Source: Trueperaceae bacterium
GTDB lineage: Bacteria > Deinococcota > Deinococci > Deinococcales > Trueperaceae
Reading direction: 5' to 3'
NCBI GenBank assembly: GCA_040905465.1
Contig: JBBDRK010000029.1
Location: 110,165-145,135 of the forward strand
Length of the DNA stretch: 34,971 nt
Part shown: positions 18,769 through 26,879 of the stretch, piece by piece
Position numbering within the stretch: position 1 is the stretch's first letter
Layout: every line of letters starts with the position of its first letter
Program-made: the position numbers and the translations under genes
Notes under the pieces: generated by a model
What the model saw: only the letters and a program-made list of their open reading frames with translations
The model's database searches: none
Told to the model about the DNA's origin: nothing

Positions 18769-18847
18769 GGCTCATTGGCGCCCGCCGGGGCGCGGGCAGC
18801 AGCACCTCCGATGCGGATTGCCGCGGGACAATACCCACCCTCCAACT

Positions 18848-18886
18848 TGCTCGAGCCGTTGCAACAAAGTTGCAACGGCTCGAGCA
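18848..18886. repeat. Perfect inverted repeat, 18-bp arms, 3-nt loop
   Basis: TGCTCGAGCCGTTGCAAC-AAA-GTTGCAACGGCTCGAGCA. Confidence 0.95.
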
Positions 18887-18983
18887 TTTCCAATGAGCGT
18901 ACTGTCGGGGCGGCCTCCCGCCCCTGGACCGGGTTGCCACGTTGCAATCGTCTCGGAAGCGAGCGCGCTGATATGCTCGCCGG

Positions 18984-19613
18984 GTGAGCAGCGAACGGGA
19001 ACTGAAGTTCTCGACAGCGGGAAACGGGACGCCGAACGAAGTGGAACTCGGCCAGGCGCTCGGCCGAGCCGGCTTCGAGCTGGGGCCCGCCGCCCGGATA
19101 CGCAACAAGGACCGCTATTTCGACGACGCGCGGCTGAGCCTCTCACGAGCGGGCATCGCCCTCCGGCGGCGGATGAGCGAGGGACGGATGTTGGCCACGC
19201 TCAAGACCAGGGGCCGCATCGAGGGCGCGCTCCACGACCGCGAGGAGATCGAGCTGCCGATGGAGGGCCAGGAGTGGCCCAGACCGATACTCGACCGGAT
19301 CGCCATGGCCACGGCGCCGGGGCTGCTGCAGCCGCACACGGTAGTGGAAACCGAGCGGCTGCGCTACGCCGTGCTGCAAGACGGCCGGCCGGTGGCTCAG
19401 TTGGCGTTCGACAACGTCAGCGCGCGCGCCCAGCAGGGCGAGCGGAGCGTCGGCTTCGACGAGGTGGAGATCGAGGCGCACGGCAACACCTCGGCGGAGA
19501 CGCTGGAGCGGATCGCCGGGGCGGTCGGGGAGTTGATGCCGTTGACGGCCAATACCAGCAGCAAGCTCGAGCGCGTGCGTCAGCTGCTGATGGTGGGCGA
19601 CTGGGAAGGGTGA
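18984..19613 (+). CDS. CYTH domain (triphosphate tunnel metalloenzyme) protein
   Basis: ERELKF (ExExK), DRYFD, LRRR, TLK, REEIE, EVEIE; TATGCT 6 nt before the GTG. Confidence 0.9.
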   Translation: MSSERELKFSTAGNGTPNEVELGQALGRAGFELGPAARIRNKDRYFDDARLSLSRAGIALRRRMSEGRMLATLKTRGRIEGALHDREEIELPMEGQEWPRPILDRIAMATAPGLLQPHTVVETERLRYAVLQDGRPVAQLAFDNVSARAQQGERSVGFDEVEIEAHGNTSAETLERIAGAVGELMPLTANTSSKLERVRQLLMVGDWEG

Positions 19614-19997
19614 CTAGGCTTCCGCCTCCAACAGGTGCCTGAACTCCTCGGGCAACTGGGTCTCGACATCGGCGAACTCGCCCGCGCTGACCGCCTCGCG
19701 CACCACCCCGATTACCGCCTTGGCGTGGTGCACCGCCTCCGGCAACTCGCGGCCCTCCCGTTCGCTCACTCGCTGGTAGAACCCGTCGAGGTCCAGGCGC
19801 TCTACCTCGGACTCGTCGGCGCGCCGCAGGTGCTCGCCGATCTCGCGCGGCAGTTGCGAAGCCAGGTGGCCTGCCTCGCCGCCGGCCAGCCGTTCGGCGA
19901 GCGTTTCCAAGGTGGCGCGAGTGGCCCGCTCGGCGTCCGCGCGGGTGCTCAGGTGTCCCCGGTTCTGTACCTGTCCGATGAATTGATCGTGCGTCAT
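19614..19997 (-). CDS. DUF2267 family protein
   Basis: FIGQVQNR...AERATRATLETLAERL..GEAGHLASQLP and repeated QLP pattern. Confidence 0.85.
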   Translation of the reverse strand: MTHDQFIGQVQNRGHLSTRADAERATRATLETLAERLAGGEAGHLASQLPREIGEHLRRADESEVERLDLDGFYQRVSEREGRELPEAVHHAKAVIGVVREAVSAGEFADVETQLPEEFRHLLEAEA

Positions 19998-20213
19998 CGC
20001 TACCCCCGTTCATGAGGATAGGGCGCGCACCGGTCCAGGTGTGTGGACGGACTCCTAGTCGGCGTGAAACGTGACCGCTATCATGTTCTATGCGACCCAC
20101 TACGGCTTGACGAGCGCGACCACCGCGAGGGGGGCCGCGAGGGGCGTAGCGATTCCGTGTACGGGGGTCGAATCGTAGGCTAGGCTGCGAATGAGACCCA
20201 GGGGGGTAGCGAG

Positions 20214-21506
20214 ATGACGAAACTTCAACTGTTGGTTCCCATGGACGGCACCGAGTTCAGTCGCCAGATCGAACCGCAGATCCGCAAGCTCTTCCCGGCG
20301 GACCGCTGGGAGCTGAGGCTGCTGCATGTGGCGCGGGTTCCGGTGGACCCAACGGCGGCGGCCTATCAACCCGCCGCGGTGGGCCCCGACTACCGACTGT
20401 ACATGTACGGCTACGAGCTGCCGGGGGCCGACCTGCACCCGATGTACGACGAGGAGAGGCTGGAGGACTTCCGCCAGGCGCTGGAACGAGAGCTCCAGTT
20501 CGAGGTGAAGCTGTTCGAGGACCAGGGCTACGAGGTCAGCGCGGCGGTCAACTTCGGCGAGCCGGCCGACGCGATCGTCGCCTATGCCGAGGAGACCGGC
20601 GCCGACCTGGTGGCGATGGCAACTCACAACCGCAAGGGGTTCGAGAAGCTGATCCACGGAAGCGTGGCCAGGCGGGCGCTCAACCGGCTCAACGTCCCCA
20701 CGCTCCTGCTCCGGGCGGACGACGACCACGCGGGCGGCGATACCGATGAGCGAGCGGTCGGCGCGAGCGGCAAGGAAGCGCGCCCGGCAACCGGCAAGGG
20801 GGCCGGCAAACGAACCGGCGCAGACCGCGACAGCGACCGCCGCGCGGAAGCGGAAGGCCGAGGCGACTCGGAGCGCCGCGCCGACCCGGGCGCGCGGATG
20901 CCGGCCGCCGCAGCCGGCTCGAGCTCGGTGCGCAAGGACGACCAGGTAGTCACCCCGGCCGACACCGCCCCGGCGACTTTGGCCGGGCTGAAGGGACGCG
21001 GGGTGCTCACGGTGCTCCGCTCCGACGAAGATCGGCCCGTTCGCACCAGCGGCAGCTGGTTCCCGGACACGCCCGAAACCGACCTGGCGCCGCTCGAGCA
21101 GGCGGAGCGGCACGCCCGGTCCGTCATCTTTGACGGCATGGCGGTGGAGGCCGAAACGGCCGGCCACGACAACGATGCCGGCAAGCACGTGCGCCGCGAG
21201 GTCAGCATTACCTCGGTTCGGAGCTACCACGACTACGGCGGGCAGGTCCGCAAGCTGGTGAGCTTCGAGCTGGTGGAGGCTCCCGACCAGACCGATGTCC
21301 CAGACCAATACACCCACACCGAGTTCGAGGAGCTCGACCTGGAAACGATTGCGGACATTACCGGCCTGCAGCCGCCGGCGGCGTTGGACGCCGCGACGGA
21401 GGCGGCGTACCGCCGGAAGGCCTGGCAAAGCTATAAGCTGGATATCGAACACCGGGACGAATGGGGAACGGCCCGCCAGAACACGCCCCTTCCCCACGGC
21501 GAATAG
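20214..21506 (+). CDS. Universal stress protein domain fused, via a charged low-complexity linker, to an unrecognised C-terminal domain
   Basis: LLVPMDGTEFS, GEPADAIV, DLVAMATH..G..KLIHGSVA, VPTLL. Confidence 0.85.
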   Translation: MTKLQLLVPMDGTEFSRQIEPQIRKLFPADRWELRLLHVARVPVDPTAAAYQPAAVGPDYRLYMYGYELPGADLHPMYDEERLEDFRQALERELQFEVKLFEDQGYEVSAAVNFGEPADAIVAYAEETGADLVAMATHNRKGFEKLIHGSVARRALNRLNVPTLLLRADDDHAGGDTDERAVGASGKEARPATGKGAGKRTGADRDSDRRAEAEGRGDSERRADPGARMPAAAAGSSSVRKDDQVVTPADTAPATLAGLKGRGVLTVLRSDEDRPVRTSGSWFPDTPETDLAPLEQAERHARSVIFDGMAVEAETAGHDNDAGKHVRREVSITSVRSYHDYGGQVRKLVSFELVEAPDQTDVPDQYTHTEFEELDLETIADITGLQPPAALDAATEAAYRRKAWQSYKLDIEHRDEWGTARQNTPLPHGE

Positions 21507-21525
21507 CAGGCCAGGGAGGAGCTTT

Positions 21526-21843
21526 ATGCATCCTGATCCGAAGTCGAGCGCCAGCTCACTCAAGGGCAACGAGTCACATCGCAGGGACCGGGCGGTCCAC
21601 AAGGTCCGGCTGAGCGAGCTCGGTGCCCTGTCACGCGAGGAGGTGTCGGCGATGGTCGCCAGCGGCGACATCGAGCTGATGGTCAGGCGCTCGGACATCG
21701 CCGACGGAACCAACGGCGGCTGGAGCCACCGGATAGGCGAGCTGTTCGACAAGGTCGCCGGCGGCCTGGACGGCACCCCCGCGCACGAGAACCGCACGAT
21801 CATCGTCAATATCGTGGCCGAAAGCTCGCACCGCTCTCACTGA
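21526..21843 (+). CDS. Hypothetical protein (105 aa)
   Basis: Strong SD GGAGGAG before ATG 21526, 19 nt after the USP stop; genome-like codon usage. Confidence 0.65.
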   Translation: MHPDPKSSASSLKGNESHRRDRAVHKVRLSELGALSREEVSAMVASGDIELMVRRSDIADGTNGGWSHRIGELFDKVAGGLDGTPAHENRTIIVNIVAESSHRSH

Positions 21844-21913
21844 CAGGGCGCATCCGGGGAGATTGCGGGAGCCGGCCTTCGGGAAGCCCAGCGGCCGCTT
21901 GCTATACTCCGGC

Positions 21914-23212
21914 ATGAGCAGCGAAACGGCCGCCACAACCGATCTCCGGCCCAACCAGTCGGGGCGCACCAGTTCCGCGCGCGACAGCGAACTCTTCGCG
22001 CTGGTCGAGCGCGAATTCGAACGGCAACGCGACGGCCTGGAGCTGATCGCCTCCGAGAACTTCACCTCTCCGGCGGTGATGGAGGCCGTAGGCAGCGTTC
22101 TCACCAACAAATACGCCGAGGGGTACCCCGGCAAGCGCTATTACGGCGGCTGCGAGGTGGTCGATCAGGTCGAACGGCTTGCGATCCAGCGGTTGCGCCA
22201 ACTGTTCGGGGCCGAGTGGGCGAACGTTCAGCCCCATTCGGGCTCGTCGGCCAACCTGGCGGTCTACTACGCCCTGCTCCAGCCCGGCGATACCGTCCTG
22301 GGCATGGATCTGGCGCACGGCGGACACCTGACGCACGGCTCTCCCGTCAACTTCTCCGGCCTCAACTACAAGGTGGTGGGCTACCCGGTCGACGCCGAAA
22401 GCGAGGTCATCGACTACGAGGCAGTGCGCACCATCGCCCTGGCCAGCCGGCCGAAGCTGATGATCACCGGCGCATCGGCCTACAGCCGGGTCATCGACTT
22501 CGAGCGCTTCCGGGCCATCGCCGACGAGGTGGGCGCCTACCTCATGGCCGACATCGCCCACATCGCCGGCCTGGTAGCCGTCGGCCTGCACCCTAGCCCG
22601 GTTCCGCACGCGCACGTCGTCACCAGCACCACTCACAAGACCTTGCGCGGGCCGCGCAGCGGCATCATCTTCGGCAACGACGTCGACATCGGCAAGAAGA
22701 TCGACAGGATGGTCTTCCCCGGCACCCAAGGGGGGCCGCTCGAGCACGTCATCGCCGGCAAGGCGGTGTCTTTCTTCGAGGCGCTGCAGCCCGGCTTCCG
22801 CAGTTACGGTGAAACGATCATAGCCAGCGCTCAGGCCCTTTCGGCGGCGCTGGTCGACCGCGGTTACCGCGTCGTCTCCGGCGGCACCGACAACCACATG
22901 TTCGTGATCGACCTGCGTTCCAAGGGCATTACCGGCAACGAGGCGAGCAAGCGCCTCGACCGGGTGAATATCTCGGTGAGCAAGAGCATGGTCCCATTCG
23001 ACCCCGAGAAGCCCTGGGTCACCTCCGGCATCCGCATCGGCACCCCGGCTAGCGCCACTCGCGGCTTCCAGCCGAACGAGATGGAGGCGGTGGCCGAGCT
23101 CATCGACCTGGCGCTGGCGGGCGGCGGTCCGGCGCCCGACGAGGCCGAACAGGAGACGCTGCGGCAACGGGTGGTGGACCTGGCGCGCGAGCATCCCATG
23201 CCCGGTGGGTAG
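21914..23212 (+). CDS. glyA: Serine hydroxymethyltransferase
   Basis: [48 protein letters not shown] 5 nt before ATG 21914 (leaderless). Confidence 0.98.
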   Translation: MSSETAATTDLRPNQSGRTSSARDSELFALVEREFERQRDGLELIASENFTSPAVMEAVGSVLTNKYAEGYPGKRYYGGCEVVDQVERLAIQRLRQLFGAEWANVQPHSGSSANLAVYYALLQPGDTVLGMDLAHGGHLTHGSPVNFSGLNYKVVGYPVDAESEVIDYEAVRTIALASRPKLMITGASAYSRVIDFERFRAIADEVGAYLMADIAHIAGLVAVGLHPSPVPHAHVVTSTTHKTLRGPRSGIIFGNDVDIGKKIDRMVFPGTQGGPLEHVIAGKAVSFFEALQPGFRSYGETIIASAQALSAALVDRGYRVVSGGTDNHMFVIDLRSKGITGNEASKRLDRVNISVSKSMVPFDPEKPWVTSGIRIGTPASATRGFQPNEMEAVAELIDLALAGGGPAPDEAEQETLRQRVVDLAREHPMPGG

Positions 23213-23365
23213 CGCCCCTGCATATTGCAAACTCGCGTGGTAGCCTGACTCGTTTTGCAGCCCGACGGTCCGGCGGATCGGACCTGGCGGCTGCGGCTGC
23301 GGCAAACTGGCGGCAAACTGGCGGCAGTAAACCCGGCAACGACCGCGGCGCACGGAGGAAGCACT

Positions 23366-24361
23366 ATGTACCGAATCTGTCTCATTCCCGGCGACGGCAT
23401 CGGCGGGGAAGTAATACCCGCGACCCGACGAGTGCTGGAAGCAACCGGGCTCGACTTCGAGTTCAGCGAAGCAGAAGCAGGCTGGGACACCTTTCAGCGC
23501 CGAGGGGTGAGCGTTCCCGAGGAAACGATCGAGCTTGTCCAGCAGTCCCACTCCACGTTGGCCGGCGCCTTCACCAGCCCCAGCCGAAAGGTCGAAGGCC
23601 ACGCCGGCGCCATCCGCTACATGCGCCGGCGCCTCGACCTCTACGCCAACTTGCGGCCGGCGCGTTCCCGACCCGTCCCCGGATGCTTCGAAGGCGTCGA
23701 CATGCTGATGGTGCGCGAGAACACCCAGGGGCTGTACGTCGAGCAGGAACGGCGCTACGGCGACGTAGCGATCGCCGACGCGGTGGTCACGCGCTCGGCC
23801 AGCGAGCGCATCGCCCGGGTAGCTTTGGAGCAGGCGATGAAGCGGCGGCGCAAGCTGGCGATCATCCACAAGGCCAACGTCTTGCCGCTCACCTCAGGGA
23901 TGTTCCTGGAGGCGGCCCGCGACGTGGCGAGCGAGTACCCGCAGGTCGACACCTACGACATAATCGTCGACGCGGCCGCCATGAAGCTGGTGCGCGATCC
24001 GGCGTCGTTCGACGTGCTGGTCTCCACCAACCTCTTCGGCGACATCCTTTCCGACCTGATGGCCGGCCTGGTAGGCGGACTCGGGCTCGCGCCCAGCGCC
24101 AACATCGGCGACCACTACGCGATCTTCGAGCCGGTGCACGGATCGGCGCCCGACATAGCCGGCAAAGGCGTCGCCAACCCCATCGCCTGCATCCTCACCT
24201 CGGCGATGATGCTCTTCCATCTCGGCGAATCAAGCGTCGCCGAGCGGATCGAACGAGCGGTGGCCGCGGTGTTGGCGGACGGTCCGCTCACGCCCGACCT
24301 GGGCGGCAAGGCGAGCACCAGCGAGCTGGCCGGCGCCGTGGTGGAGGCGCTGGCGAGCTGA
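23366..24361 (+). CDS. hicd: Homoisocitrate (/isocitrate) dehydrogenase, Thermus type (AAA lysine pathway)
   Basis: [67 protein letters not shown] closely match T. thermophilus HICDH as I recall it; SD GGAGG. Confidence 0.85.
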   Translation: MYRICLIPGDGIGGEVIPATRRVLEATGLDFEFSEAEAGWDTFQRRGVSVPEETIELVQQSHSTLAGAFTSPSRKVEGHAGAIRYMRRRLDLYANLRPARSRPVPGCFEGVDMLMVRENTQGLYVEQERRYGDVAIADAVVTRSASERIARVALEQAMKRRRKLAIIHKANVLPLTSGMFLEAARDVASEYPQVDTYDIIVDAAAMKLVRDPASFDVLVSTNLFGDILSDLMAGLVGGLGLAPSANIGDHYAIFEPVHGSAPDIAGKGVANPIACILTSAMMLFHLGESSVAERIERAVAAVLADGPLTPDLGGKASTSELAGAVVEALAS

Positions 24362-24487
24362 ACGGCTCCAGCAGCCGCGACCGGGCCGGCGGATACCCTC
24401 TAAGGAACGCTCACTTGCATCCTGGTATAACTTGGCTGAACGTGAATTCAGCCAGACGTCCCCCGATTCGCGACGAGGTTCGCTGAC

Positions 24488-25354
24488 ATGTACTCGCTGC
24501 AGCAGGCGATGCGCGCCATCCGTGCGAACTGGGTAGCGAGCGTCGCCACCATCACCACGATGACGCTGTCGCTCACCATCCTGGCGGCCTTCAGCCTCGC
24601 CAGTCTCAACCTCAACCTGGTGCTCTCCGACCTGCAGGACGAGTTGCAGGTCTCGGTGTTCCTGACCGACGGGGCTAACCATCCGGCGTTGCTGGAGGCG
24701 ATACGTCAGTGGGACGAGGTCGACTCGCGGCGGGTCTACTTCGTGTCGAAAGAGGAAGCGCTGCTCGACCTGATCGACGACCTGCCCTCGTTGGAAGAGG
24801 GTGCCGCTCTGGTTGAGAACCCGCTGCCCAACAAGATCGAGCTCAGGCTGCTCGACCCGTCGCAGACCACCGTCGTCTCCCAGCGGCTGAGCCGGCTGCC
24901 GGGGGTAGATGACGTGCTCGACGGTTCCGAAGCGGTGGAGATCTTCCTCGCCATAAACGACAGCCTGCGCGTCGGCGGCTCGATCCTGATCGTGATACTG
25001 CTGTCCAGCGCGCTGTTCGCAATCGTCAACTCGATTCGCGCCGCCATCACCGCCCGGCGCCACGAGATCGAGGTGATGCGACTGGTGGGCGCGACCCGCG
25101 GCTTCATCCGCCTGCCGTTCCTGATCGAGGGGTTCCTGCTCGGGCTTTTCAGCGCGGTGGTTACGCTGGCGCTGGTCGTTCCGGGCTATCAGATCATCGT
25201 CGACAGGCTCTCGCAGCAGCTCGCCTTCATCCCCCTGGCACGCGATCCGGCGCTTCTCGCGCAGGTTTCGCTGCTGCTCACGGCGCTGGCGCTGCTGGTC
25301 GGCCTGGTCGGTTCGGCGATCAGCATCTCGCAACACCTGCGCGAAGGGAGCTGA
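24488..25354 (+). CDS. ftsX: Cell division permease FtsX
   Basis: VSKEEAL, ENPLP, IVNSIR..ITARRHEIEVMRLVGAT..FIRLPFLIEG; four TM segments. Confidence 0.93.
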   Translation: MYSLQQAMRAIRANWVASVATITTMTLSLTILAAFSLASLNLNLVLSDLQDELQVSVFLTDGANHPALLEAIRQWDEVDSRRVYFVSKEEALLDLIDDLPSLEEGAALVENPLPNKIELRLLDPSQTTVVSQRLSRLPGVDDVLDGSEAVEIFLAINDSLRVGGSILIVILLSSALFAIVNSIRAAITARRHEIEVMRLVGATRGFIRLPFLIEGFLLGLFSAVVTLALVVPGYQIIVDRLSQQLAFIPLARDPALLAQVSLLLTALALLVGLVGSAISISQHLREGS

Positions 25355-25356
25355 CG

Positions 25357-26724
25357 GTGCGGCCCTCCGACAAACTGGCGTGGACGCGGGGGCAGGGCTG
25401 GGCAGGAACGCGCAGGCGGACCCTGCTTCGCGCGACGCTGCCGTGGGCCTTGGTGACCGTGTTGCTGGCGCCGGCTTTCCCGGTCGTGCTGGCGCAACCG
25501 CAACCGGACGAGAGCCGCAGAATCGAGCTGGAGGCGCAGATCGCCGATTACGAGCGTCTGCTCGAAGCGCGGCGGGTCGAGGCGGAACGGATCGAAGAGG
25601 AGCTGGGAGAGACCCGCGCACGGCTGCGGCGCCGCATCGCCGAACGGGATGAGGTCAGCACCGAGCTAGGGGAGCTGCGATCGCGCCGTGAGGCACTGCA
25701 GGTCGAGATCCGCGATCTCGAAGTCAGGCTCGGCGAGACCGAGGAGCGGATCGCCGATATCCTGGCGGACATCGAGGCGCTCAAGGTGCGGATCGAGGCG
25801 CTCCTCGTCAACCTGCACCGCCAGCGCAGCGGGCGCTTCGCACGAGTGCTGTCACAATCGGAGTCGTTTCACGAACTGCAGGTCAAGAACCGTTACCTCT
25901 CGCTCCTCAACACTCAGGATGCCGACGTGGTCGAGCGCCTCAACGGAACCAGGGCGGAACTGCTCGCCGCCCAGGAGCAGCTCGCCGGCCAGCTTGCCGC
26001 CAGGGAGGCGGCCGAGGCGGAACTGGCGGCAAACGAAGTCCGGCTGGAGGCCGCAAGCATCGAGCTGGTGGCGATCATCGCCGACCTCGAGTCCACGCGC
26101 GCAGGCCAGCTGGCCCAGCAGGAATCGCTGCTCGAGGCCCAGGACGACATCGAACGCACCCTCGGCAACCTCGACCAGCAGCTCGACGACGAGATCGTCC
26201 GGCTGCAGGCCGAGCGGCAACGACTGTTGCGGGAGGCGCAGCAGAGCTACCTGGCCGAGCGGGAACGGCAACGGCTGCGCGACCAGGCGGACGCTCTCGA
26301 CGAGCGGATCGATAACCTCACCGCGCCTCTCACCGCCGCGCCATCGGGCTACGTCTATCCGGTCGCCGGCCACACCATCGTCAGCCGCTACGGCCAGGAC
26401 GGCAACTCCTACATGGCCATGCGCGCTTCGTCATCGAACGCCGCGGTTGTCGCAGTTCAGGAAGGGGTGGTGCGCGGGGTCTCCTACGTCAGCGCCAACG
26501 ACGGCTACATGGTGTCGATAGCTCACAGCGACAGGCTATCGACCGTCTACACCAACCTGCGCCCGCCGATCGTGCGGGTGGGCGACCGCGTGACCCAGGG
26601 CCAGGTCGTGGGCAACCTGGGCGGCAGCACCCTGGTGGCTCCCGACACCCTGAAGCTGTGGGTTCAGGTGTCCGAAAACGGCCGCTCGGCCTTCATCGAT
26701 CCTGCCTCGGCGCTCGGCTTCTGA
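25357..26724 (+). CDS. envC: EnvC-like murein hydrolase activator (coiled coil plus degenerate M23/LytM domain)
   Basis: Signal peptide and long coiled coil. M23 fold motifs YPV, AVQEGVV, GYMV.IAH, VRVGDRVTQGQ present, but no HxxxD or HxH. Confidence 0.8.
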   Translation: MRPSDKLAWTRGQGWAGTRRRTLLRATLPWALVTVLLAPAFPVVLAQPQPDESRRIELEAQIADYERLLEARRVEAERIEEELGETRARLRRRIAERDEVSTELGELRSRREALQVEIRDLEVRLGETEERIADILADIEALKVRIEALLVNLHRQRSGRFARVLSQSESFHELQVKNRYLSLLNTQDADVVERLNGTRAELLAAQEQLAGQLAAREAAEAELAANEVRLEAASIELVAIIADLESTRAGQLAQQESLLEAQDDIERTLGNLDQQLDDEIVRLQAERQRLLREAQQSYLAERERQRLRDQADALDERIDNLTAPLTAAPSGYVYPVAGHTIVSRYGQDGNSYMAMRASSSNAAVVAVQEGVVRGVSYVSANDGYMVSIAHSDRLSTVYTNLRPPIVRVGDRVTQGQVVGNLGGSTLVAPDTLKLWVQVSENGRSAFIDPASALGF

Positions 26725-26879
26725 ACCGCCGCATTCTGAGCCGCCTCATGCCGAGCCATTGCACCCCGTGATCGACGAGTGACAGCCACTTCTCTTACCG
26801 GAGCACATCCCGCCCTCGCATACAATACGGGCGTGACGACAGCCCGCCAGCGATCGGCGCCGCCACAGGAGCCGGAGCA

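Noticed and set aside
21902-23869. Long antisense or alternative-frame ORFs (e.g. 475..1629, 1703..3052, 3745..5577, 8959..10077, 20100..21809, 21902..23869, 24230..25621, 26664..28187)
   Set aside because: Shadows of real genes in high-GC DNA; Arg/Pro/Ala-rich with no motifs
25357-26724. Loss of Zn ligands in the M23 domain as a novelty
   Set aside because: Expected for EnvC-type activators encoded next to ftsX
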